Origin: Verrucomicrobiota bacterium
GTDB lineage: Bacteria; Verrucomicrobiota; Verrucomicrobiia; Limisphaerales; AAA164-E04
Reading direction: 5' to 3'
DNA: 64,000 nucleotides
Assembly (NCBI GenBank): GCA_047947115.1
Contig: CP170459.1
Location: 3,712,001 to 3,776,000, forward strand
In this document: piece by piece, positions 40,872 through 49,333 of the stretch
Layout of the letters: every line of letters begins with the position of its first letter
Numbering within the stretch: the stretch's first letter is position 1
Notes under the pieces: model-generated
Database searches by the model: none
What the model was told of the DNA's origin: nothing
What the model saw: the letters and a program-made list of their open reading frames with translations, nothing else
Made by a program: the position numbers and the translations under genes

Positions 40872-42119
40872 TGCCTGGGACCCCTGCATTAAGTCCACCT
40901 TGAGTGATAGGATTTTCCAGCTAAGAAAGGAAAATCCTAATGAAAAAGACACGTAGATCGCCCGAACAGATTATCCGCATCCTTCGTGACAGCGAAGGAC
41001 TGAGTGTGGATGAAGCCTGTCGCAGGCATGAGATCAGCGCGCCAACCTACCACCGCTGGAAAGCGAAGTATGGTGGAATGGGCGTCAAGGAAGCCCAGAG
41101 GCTGAGAAATATTGAGAAAGAGAACTCGGAGCTGAAGAAGATACTGGCCGAGCAGATGCTCAAATCCAAGGCACTGGAGATTGCTCTAGAAAAAAACCTC
41201 TGAGCCCGGAGCGTCGGCGTCGTATGGCTCTGAAGATTCAGGAGACGCTGTCATGTTCCGGGCGAAGTGTCTGTCGCTGGCTGGGATTGAATCGCAGCAC
41301 ACTGCGTTACGCTCCCAGGGCAGTGCCGGACAAGAAGAAGCTGCTTGAAGCGGTGATCGTGAAGATGTCGAAGAAGTATCCCTGCTTCGGCTATCGCAAG
41401 ATCACGCGTAAGCTGGTCGAGCAAGGCTGGGCCGTGGGCAAGAAGCTGGTGCAGCGTGTGCGTGAGGAGTGTTTAAAGGTGCCTGCTCCCAAGCCGCGCA
41501 AACGCCGTCAGGGCATCTCTACCGGGCTTCCTCAGCAGGCGAAGCATCGAAATCGTGTCTGGGCGTGGGACTTGGTTAGCGACCATACGGTGCTTGGAGG
41601 GAAACTGCGGGGCTTGAATCTGATCGACGAGTTTACGAAGGAATGCCACTGCATCCACTCTGACCGTGCGATCAAGGCAACGGACGTGCTGAGCATCCTC
41701 GAAGAAGCCATTAAGGAACATGGTGCACCCGAGTATATCCGCTCGGACAACGGGCAAGAGTTTATTGCTACAGCGATTCAGCAGTGGCTCCGGGATAGAA
41801 GGATCAAGACGATCTATATTGACCCTGGATGTCCTTGGCAGAACGGCTACTTGGAGAGCTTTAACGATAAGTTCCGCCGCGAGTGCCTGAACCGTGAACT
41901 AATCTAAACGTTGAGTGAATCCCGCGTCATCTTCGCCGATTACCGGCATCTTCATAACTACGAAAGACCGCATCGCTCTCTGGCTTGCTCACGCCCCAAG
42001 CGTATGCCAAACAACTTACCTACCTCTCTGGCCTCGGTCGGGCTACACCCTCCCTCAGACAGAGAGGCGGTCAACCGCAACCTAAATCACAAGTAAACAC
42101 CTGGAAAAAACCACTTGGA
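40872..42119 (+). mobile_element. IS3-family element (orfA intact, orfB with premature stop)
   Basis: Left end TGCCTGGGACCCCTG; orfA 40940..41203; orfB with VWAWDL, IRSDNGQEF, PWQNGYLESFN, TAA at 41905-41907; right end lost at the next IS. Confidence 0.9.
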
Positions 42120-43644
42120 TGTAGTGCCCCCCAAAAAAGGGACCAGTAGTTAAGAGAGATTTTTCCGGTGTCAGAGAGTAAAATCGAGACACCAAATGAA
42201 AGCAAAACGCAAACGATACGACGCCCAGTTCAAAGCCAAAATCGGCTTTGAAGCCATCCGTGGAATCAAGACGGTTCAGCAGATCGCCAAGGAAAACCAG
42301 ATCCATCCGACACAGGTGAATCAATGGAAGCAGATCCTCATTGAAGATGCTTCAAGTTTGTTTGAGGGGAAGCGTCCATCTCAGGACCAGGACGATTGGG
42401 CGAATGAACGAGACCGACTCCATGCCAAGATCGGGCAGCAAAGCGTTGAGATCGATTGGTTGGCAAAAAAGTGCAAGCAACTGCATCTCTAACCGAGCGT
42501 CGGGCGATGGTCGTAAAAGGCCATCGCCAGATCAGTTTGAGAAGGCAGTGTGAACTTTTGAATATTAGTCGTAGCAAGGTTTTCTACCAAGGCGCTCAGG
42601 AATCGGAAGAGAACCTCCACTACATGCGATTGATCGATGAGATCTATATGGATCAACCCGTTTACGGGTATCGCCGAATGACAGCGGTGCTGCAACGGAT
42701 GGGGTTTCAGGTCAATGAAAAGCGAATTCAACGGCTGATGAGGTTGATGGGATTGGAGGCCGTTTATCCAAAACCAAGAACCAGCATCCCCATGCCAGGC
42801 CACAAAAAGTATCCATACCTTTTGCGGAACCGAAAACCCACCGGCCCCAATCAAGTATGGAGCATGGATATTACATATATTCCTATGAAAATGGGATTTA
42901 TGTATCTGATGGCCGTTATGGATTGGTGGAGTCGTTTGGTGATCACGTGGGAATTATCCAACACGATGGAAGCTGAGATTTGTGCCAAGACAGCAGGTGT
43001 TGGACTGAGTGCAAGCAAGCATACTCCTCTGATTTTTAACGTGGATCAGGGCAGCCAATTTACCAGCAACGTTTTCATTGATACGATCGAGTCATACGCA
43101 GTGAAGGTAAGCATGGACGGCCGTGGACGTGCATTGGACAACGTCTTTATCGAACGCTTATGGCGTAGCATTAAGTATGAGGACATATACCTTCGTGGCT
43201 ACGAGGATGGGCTCTGCCTGCACCAAGGATTAGAGAGGTGGTTCGACCACTACAACAATCACCGGCCTCACCAAGCGCTTGATTACGCCACGCCATGGGA
43301 GTGGCATTTCACCGCCCAGAAATATGGAGCGACAATCCCGACTTGGATCGACGAGGAGGAACTCAAAATCTAATGTGAGGTAACAAAACAAGGAGACTCA
43401 AAGCAACTTATTGGGATGCCTCATGAACATGCGCGCAGAAAAATCCAGTCCTCCATTCCAGCCCGCGAGTGCCGCTTCGCGGAGACATAAGAAGCGGGCT
43501 TCCATTCCGGACTGGATTTTTCTCTTCCGATCGGGCACCCTTGAAGAAGTTGGCAGCGGAATGCCAGTTCAAACACCAAAACCGACACCGGAGAATATAT
43601 CTTAAATTTCCGCCTCCGTGGTCCCCTAGTTGGGGGGCACCTCA
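42120..43644 (+). mobile_element. IS3-family element, apparently intact
   Basis: TIRs TGTAGTGCCCCCCAAAAAAGGGACCA / TGGTCCCCTAGTTGGGGGGCACCTCA; orfA 42196..42492 and orfB ~42489..43373 (VWSMDITY, DQGSQFTS, DNVFIERLWRSIKYE). Confidence 0.93.
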
Positions 43645-43648
43645 ATCG

Positions 43649-45733
43649 CTATAACTTTTCGTAAATCAAAAATTTGGTAGGTTCCCCACTACTATCGCGC
43701 CAAATACCCCGCATCTGTTCATACCATTTATTATCCTTAATCTTATATATCGAATGATACGTTCCATTTGCGTGAAAGGAGTAGAAATGATTCAAACCAC
43801 CCTTGACTTCAATTTTCATCGGCAAGATAAACTTACTTTTTAAAAGACCATCGGAATCATAAAGTTCCAATTGTTCGGTTCCTTGCGTGATATGCTTGAT
43901 GCGATAACTACCATCCTCATTGGTATGCTTCCAAGAACCCTTTAATTTTTTCCATTCATTTTTCACAGGATGAAATTCATGGTTAGCCTTTATAAGGATC
44001 TCAAACTGGGGACCGCTCGCCATTTTCCGCAACTCACCCCACTCAACATTAGGCTTGTTAAGAATACTCATTGCTTTTTGGGTGGTAGATTGCCAAGCAC
44101 TTTCACCAGGAAGACTCTCCGCGCTTTTAAAATGTGCAGTAACAAAATCATGGGTTATACCTGATCGATTAGACTCGATTAGGCGATGTAATGCCCACCC
44201 CCCAAAAGTCGGATCCATGCTTGAAACAATTTGCCAAAATGGTTTTGCCATGTTCATTTCTGCAAAAAGGTAGTCCTGAATTTTACCAGGTTGCACATTC
44301 ATATAGCCCATGTTGATTTGCCGGATATCCATGCCTCCTGAATTAGGCGACCAATATTGATCGACAGCCTGATAAATATCACTTCCGGCAGATTGAACAT
44401 AAGGCCATGTCCTTTCTCCTAAATCTGCTCTACTGCCAACAGCTGAATAATCCAACGTGTCCCATATAGAACCGTTTTGCATATCTTCCATCGACGCATA
44501 CACCTGCACGGTAGCGTAGTTTGGCTCACCCATATTTGCGTTTTTTATTTTGGCCACATGCCAATGAAGCAAGCTACCTCTTTGCATTCTCTGTTCGTGA
44601 AGTCCTTTCCATTCCTCTTCAGCAGCGAGATATGATTGAACGTCTTGGTCGGCAACTATTTTAAAATCTGTCTTAATGTAACCCGTAAATCTTTGGGATT
44701 CTTTTGTCCTTTGAAAATATGAACGTTTAGTCTTAGCGTTACTATCTTCAGCATTATCAATATTAGCATTTTGTTTTCTTTTAAGTATATAACCGCCAAC
44801 AACATCTGTGTAAATGCCGTTATCTTTTGACTGCCATTTGGCATGTATTTCATTTAAACTAAGGAAAGACCTAACTAGACGACTATCACCCTGACGTTGT
44901 CCTGTGGTCATGCTCCCCATGAAATCCCAGCCGCCAACTTGAGAAAAACCATTTTTAGTTATGCTATACATCACGAGCTCTCCATTTGCGTGATTTCTCC
45001 GAGTTAGGTTGTAACCGCCACCGGTGGGGTTACCCTCTTCATCGAAAAAAACGAATCTCTCATGAAGACTTGCCCCGAGATCAAATTCCCGAAATAGAAT
45101 TTTCAAATTAACATTTCCCGACTCACCAATGGATTCCCAAGACCCATGAAGATCTTCTAATCTTGGGTCTAATGTTTTTATTTTATTTTTGGCCCATACA
45201 ACTTCGCCTTTATCTCCGGGGTTATAGTCAATTTTTTGTGCTTCGATACTTGGAGTCTTTTCAATATACGATTTATCAAAGCCAATAACATTCACTGAGT
45301 ACTCTGAGAATTTGTCCCGCTTTTTATTCCAAGATAACTCAATTTGCCCTGAGACATTGCCATTCTCAGACGATCCTGAGAAGGTGACGACGCTTCCTTT
45401 GTCTTCAAACCTTTCGGTTGATCGTCCCAATCGGCCATTGGAGTCAGCCCAAAGTCTGTCTCCAATTTGATTATTTTGAATAGTTTGAAATGCACTCCAA
45501 GCTGATACAGGCTCAAGAGTTTCCGGATCGATACTAACGTGAGCTACCCGTTGCAAACCAACTACACCGTCCGTCCAATACCATCTGAAACCTTGACGCT
45601 TAGTTCCATCTTCATCTACGGAATGCCACTTCCATGCCCCATCTAGCGGGTGTTTTGAAATTTCTTGGGCATCGACTTCCACAAACGTACTTACCAATAT
45701 TAAGGCAATGCCTAGTATTTGAATGTTTTTCAT
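43649..45733 (-). CDS. Exported chimeric protein: two barrels + alpha+beta pair + barrel
   Basis: Signal peptide ending VDA-Q; N-half aligns with 32903 gene (ERF.FFDE.G, GF.Q.GGWDF, RLVR); C-half aligns with 34790/39106 genes (GSWKHTNEDGSYR, KWYEQ); visibly AT-richer. Confidence 0.85.
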   Translation of the reverse strand: MKNIQILGIALILVSTFVEVDAQEISKHPLDGAWKWHSVDEDGTKRQGFRWYWTDGVVGLQRVAHVSIDPETLEPVSAWSAFQTIQNNQIGDRLWADSNGRLGRSTERFEDKGSVVTFSGSSENGNVSGQIELSWNKKRDKFSEYSVNVIGFDKSYIEKTPSIEAQKIDYNPGDKGEVVWAKNKIKTLDPRLEDLHGSWESIGESGNVNLKILFREFDLGASLHERFVFFDEEGNPTGGGYNLTRRNHANGELVMYSITKNGFSQVGGWDFMGSMTTGQRQGDSRLVRSFLSLNEIHAKWQSKDNGIYTDVVGGYILKRKQNANIDNAEDSNAKTKRSYFQRTKESQRFTGYIKTDFKIVADQDVQSYLAAEEEWKGLHEQRMQRGSLLHWHVAKIKNANMGEPNYATVQVYASMEDMQNGSIWDTLDYSAVGSRADLGERTWPYVQSAGSDIYQAVDQYWSPNSGGMDIRQINMGYMNVQPGKIQDYLFAEMNMAKPFWQIVSSMDPTFGGWALHRLIESNRSGITHDFVTAHFKSAESLPGESAWQSTTQKAMSILNKPNVEWGELRKMASGPQFEILIKANHEFHPVKNEWKKLKGSWKHTNEDGSYRIKHITQGTEQLELYDSDGLLKSKFILPMKIEVKGGLNHFYSFHANGTYHSIYKIKDNKWYEQMRGIWRDSSGEPTKFLIYEKL

Positions 45734-45861
45734 TTTTTTACGATATCTTGTTGGGTTCAGGGCATTGTTGGATTTTGCTGCAACTGAAATGCTTTTTTCG
45801 TTGTTAGTAACATTTACGTAGGTTCCCCAAAAAGACGAAACCAAATTAGCCCATTTTTCTT

Positions 45862-45890
45862 TACACGTATTAATGTCTCGAAGGGCGACA
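45862..45890 (-). promoter_or_regulatory. Putative ECF promoter TGTCGC-N17-CGTGTA
   Basis: Minus strand: A/T-run, TGTCGC (45890-45885), 17-nt spacer, CGTGTA (45867-45862). Confidence 0.62.
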
Positions 45891-45977
45891 TAATTTTTTA
45901 TTTTTTGGGCAGACCAATGTCAAAGGTCTCTTTAAGAAACGGATGGACGGTTTAGGGCCGCGCATTTGCTCAACAAT

Positions 45978-46016
45978 CGAGGAGGCGCCATCTACACCAG
46001 CGAGCGAGCAGACCAA
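45978..46016 (+). repeat. 39-bp direct repeat, copy 2 (copy 1 at 23532-23570)
   Basis: 34/39 identity to copy 1. Confidence 0.8.
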
Positions 46017-46023
46017 GCTGTCC

Positions 46024-46482
46024 TGCCTGGGACCCCTGAATTAAGTCCACCTTGAGTAATAGGGTTTTCCAGCTAAGAAAGGAAAATCCTAATGAAAAAG
46101 ACACGTAGATCGACCGAACAGATTATCCGCATCCTTCGTGACAGCGAAGGACTAAGTGTGGATGAAGCCTGCCGCAGGCATGAGCTCAGCACACCAACCT
46201 ACCACCGCTGGAAAGCGAAGTATGGTGGAATGTGCATCAAGGAAGCCCAGAGGCTGAGAGATATTGATAAAGAGAACTCGGAGCTGAAGAAGCTATTGGC
46301 CGAGCAGATGCTCAAATCCAAGGTACTGGAGATTGCTCTAGAAAAAAAACCTCTGAGCCCGGGGCGTCGGCGTCGTATGGCTCTGAAGATTCAGTAAGCG
46401 ATGTCATGCTCCGGGCGAAGTGTCTGTCGCTGGTTGGGATTGAACCGCAGCACACTGCGTTACGCTCCCAGGGCAGTGCCGG
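46024..46482 (+). mobile_element. Truncated copy of the 40872 IS3 element
   Basis: Same left end and orfA (46092), extra A in the GAAAAAAAAC run, stop early in orfB, homology ends near 46482. Confidence 0.9.
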
Positions 46483-46802
46483 CCGTCGACTTTCTGGCCC
46501 AAGTTGAGTGAGTAGTTAGGGTGATCCATTTTGGGGTTAGGAATAGTGGGCTAGAATCTTTATGAGTAGAAGAAATTAAGCGATTTTTAACTAGCTTGAT
46601 ATCACATCTGAAAGGCCTTAATTGATACCTAATCAACCCGTGATCGCTTCAGAAATTGGTAAAGTTGGCGTCAGAAGTTTTGCCTTTTTCTCGTAAAATG
46701 ATTCCTTTTAGGCCATACAAGACCCATACGCTAAATTAAGTTTTTCTGTGTTCCTATCGGGTTAGGGTAATCAAAAACCATTAAAAATTACAGGGTTAGA
46801 AG

Positions 46803-46873
46803 TGGAGCCAGCTGTCGGGGTCTAACCGACGACCGACGGTTTATCCCGACGCGTCGGGACTCAACCACTGAGC
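46803..46873 (-). pseudogene. Degenerate tRNA-Thr copy with 16-bp palindrome replacing part of the anticodon arm
   Basis: 46803-46843 matches tRNA 3' half 47130-47170 at 40/41; palindrome TCCCGACGCGTCGGGA 46844-46859; D-arm-like GCTCAGTGGTTGAG 46873-46860. Confidence 0.85.
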
Positions 46874-47112
46874 AGGACTTCTCGAATCCATTTAGCGGAT
46901 TTCATTCGCTTGATTTGCCGTTCACGTGCCATTGCGCATGCTCTTGTAGGATGTTCCTCTGACCAAACCAAATTCCAGGGGCCATTTTTGGGGGTGAAGC
47001 GTGTGCCAGGTTCGTTGGGGTCGTTATGGATTTGGATGCGCCTCGTCAGATCCTCAGTATGGCCTATATAAAATTTACCATCTAAGTTCTCTAGAATGTA
47101 TGTCCAAAACAT
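46861..47112 (-). CDS. Stand-alone GIY-YIG nuclease
   Basis: MFWTYILENLDGKFYIGHTEDLTRRIQIHN...FT..NGPW.LVWSE...AMARERQIKRMKS; 83 aa from ATG 47112. Confidence 0.9.
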   Translation of the reverse strand: MFWTYILENLDGKFYIGHTEDLTRRIQIHNDPNEPGTRFTPKNGPWNLVWSEEHPTRACAMARERQIKRMKSAKWIREVLLSG

Positions 47113-47129
47113 GGAAGGGAGGGGATAAA

Positions 47130-47204
47130 TGGAGCCAGCTGTCGGGGTCGAACCGACGACCGACGGTTTACAAAACCGTTGCTCTACCACTGAGCTAAGC
47201 TGGC
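47130..47204 (-). tRNA. tRNA-Thr (TGT)
   Basis: GCCAGCTTAGCTCAGTGGTAGAGCAACGGTTTTGTAAACCGTCGGTCGTCGGTTCGACCCCGACAGCTGGCTCCA; cloverleaf, anticodon TGT, encoded CCA. Confidence 0.96.
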
Positions 47205-47298
47205 CTTTGAAGGTGAATTGTTGTGGGGAGCTTGTATTTACTACCCGAACACGCGGTCCATTGTAGGAGAGATTTTTTTTGAATCAAGCCCTTTTCGA

Positions 47299-49299
47299 TC
47301 AAGGAAGCCTTTTGATGCGCAGATTTTTGTATTCTACGCCCGTGCCGTGGTCCTGGAGCATGATTTTTCCTTCTGTATTTTGCCCGTAATGGGGCCATTC
47401 GGCAAATTTGCTCATCATGACTGCTTGTTTGAATGCTTCGGTGTCGGTGCGAGTTTCCACGATTTTGACTCCGTTCAGCCAATGCTCGATGACGGTTCCT
47501 CTGGATAGGATGCGTCCCCGGTTCCATGTTCCAGGCGGATGTCTGGGGTCGAGACTCCAGTCTCCCATGTCCAGTACGTATAGTGTGGCTGTGATGTAGT
47601 ATTTCTCTTGTGAGGTGGCAGGATTGTATCCCGGGTAATGTTTTTCGTCGTCGAGTATCTGGTATTCTGGGCCCAGAAATCGTCCATCGTAGTCGGTCAT
47701 GCGGTACTTGACTCCACTGTTTCCTCCTTTACCGATCCGGTATTCAAATTGAAACTCAAAGTCGCCGTAGGTTTCTTTTAAATACAGGGCGGTGTGTTCG
47801 CCGTTGTCGCGATCGGTTCGCATGTTGAGGATACCGTTTTCAGTTCTCCAGCCTTTTGGGGTGCTGCCATTGTGTGCTTCCCAGTCGTTCTTACCGTCGG
47901 AATAGATCAGCGTCTTCCAAGGTGTGTTGGTTCGTATGTTCCATTCGGACAGGCTGATGGCTTGTGTACGGTTTGATTCGATTCCTGCCTTGTTGACGGT
48001 GGTGACTTGATAATCCTCCTCGGTCGCTCCGGCTCTGTTTGGATCGAGGAATGTTTTGGGTGGCAATGCCTGCCCGTTAAGTGGCTGGTCGCTGTAGTTC
48101 CAGGCGTGATACGCCCCGGTTGGATTCCAGCGTGGATCCTTCTCTCCGCCAACGGTGCCAATCTTTTTACCTTTGCGATAAATCGTGAACCCTTGAATGC
48201 CTGATTCGATGTCAGCGAAGGCTTCCCAGTGCAGTATGGCTTTTTCACCTTCACATTCGACTCTCAGGTTGTGTGGTCGGGGAGGGGCTGTGGTGTCTGG
48301 AATATTTCCGGTTTTGCTGAACGCCTGCCAATCTCTGGCGAAGGAGTGATTCAGCAGGTAACTGTCTTGATGGTTTGATGCTTCTTCCTCTTCTGAGATA
48401 TCCAGACTTTGATGTTTACCTATCCAGAATGGTTGCTGGGGCAGGGGGCGGAGGGTTGGTTGATTGGGGGTTGGTGTCTCTAATGGATCAGGTAAACGGG
48501 CTTCAATCATTTGATCGAAATACCTGAGCGCCAGTTGTCGGCTTTGGCTGTTTTCATGCTCGGACTCAGGGTGGATAGCGAGGGTCCATGGTGCTTTTTG
48601 GGTTCGCCCATATTCAAACACCTGGTAAACTCCTTCGATGAGTTGGCGGAACCGGTTTCCTTCCATGTATTCCTTCTCTCCATAACAGAAAAGGATGGGA
48701 ACTTGAAAGGTGGCCGGGTTTGAACCGGGTTCCTTGGGCTGGCTGCGTTCGTAGGTACGTCCTACGGGGGAGAGCCCGCCCGATCTGGGAAATGCCGCGA
48801 TGATCCGTTCGGGATAGAGGTAGCACATATTGACGGTCCAGATTGCTCCGCCCGAGTGTCCCCAAAGACACCATGGGACCGTTTCGAGTTCCGGATGTCC
48901 GGTGGCTTTTGCGAATTGCCCAATGGCATTTAGGAAGGCGTTGGCTGATCCGTCTTCAGGCATCGTCCAAGTCGAGCAATCTTCCTCCGGCGCCCAGAGT
49001 TGCGAACCCATCAGGGCAAATCCGTGTTTTTGTGCCAGGGCCTGCCACTGGATGTCGTTTGCGTGTTCCAATCCAAACATACGAGCTCCAGGTCCACAGC
49101 CATGCTGGCGAAAGAGGATGCCGCGAATTTCCGGGGTATCTTCCGGCAGCCACAGGCGATAATCGGCTTTTTCAAATGCGTCTTCTTCTCGCGGTTGCAC
49201 GGTGCAGTCAAAGGACGCCGCATGCACCGCCTTGAAAGCAAAGAGGACGGTGAGTGCGGTTAATGAAAACGCGCACTGGATGCTGGATTTGTTTGTCAT
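47299..49299 (-). CDS. Exported alpha/beta-hydrolase + FN3-like + DUF1080 (3-keto-disaccharide hydrolase) protein
   Basis: Signal peptide; LWGHSGGA nucleophile elbow; DTTAPPRPHNL; YGDFEFQFEY..GGNSGVKY..GPEYQILDD..IMLQDHG. Confidence 0.85.
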   Translation of the reverse strand: MTNKSSIQCAFSLTALTVLFAFKAVHAASFDCTVQPREEDAFEKADYRLWLPEDTPEIRGILFRQHGCGPGARMFGLEHANDIQWQALAQKHGFALMGSQLWAPEEDCSTWTMPEDGSANAFLNAIGQFAKATGHPELETVPWCLWGHSGGAIWTVNMCYLYPERIIAAFPRSGGLSPVGRTYERSQPKEPGSNPATFQVPILFCYGEKEYMEGNRFRQLIEGVYQVFEYGRTQKAPWTLAIHPESEHENSQSRQLALRYFDQMIEARLPDPLETPTPNQPTLRPLPQQPFWIGKHQSLDISEEEEASNHQDSYLLNHSFARDWQAFSKTGNIPDTTAPPRPHNLRVECEGEKAILHWEAFADIESGIQGFTIYRKGKKIGTVGGEKDPRWNPTGAYHAWNYSDQPLNGQALPPKTFLDPNRAGATEEDYQVTTVNKAGIESNRTQAISLSEWNIRTNTPWKTLIYSDGKNDWEAHNGSTPKGWRTENGILNMRTDRDNGEHTALYLKETYGDFEFQFEYRIGKGGNSGVKYRMTDYDGRFLGPEYQILDDEKHYPGYNPATSQEKYYITATLYVLDMGDWSLDPRHPPGTWNRGRILSRGTVIEHWLNGVKIVETRTDTEAFKQAVMMSKFAEWPHYGQNTEGKIMLQDHGTGVEYKNLRIKRLP

Positions 49300-49333
49300 A
49301 TTGAGGGACCTTTGCCTTTATTGGAACGGGGTA

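Noticed and set aside
24793..41907. Stop-codon reassignment suggested by many single in-frame TAG/TAA stops
   Set aside because: The stops are confined to IS genes; intact genes end normally at TAG, TAA and TGA, so ordinary pseudogenisation is sufficient
27654..45733. Diversity-generating retroelement or secretion-system effector/immunity explanation for the array
   Set aside because: No reverse transcriptase, no template/variable repeat pair, and no toxin or secretion-system genes in the window
46861..47190. 109-aa version of the GIY-YIG ORF
   Set aside because: The N-terminal extension is translated tRNA-Thr sequence; the real start is ATG 47112
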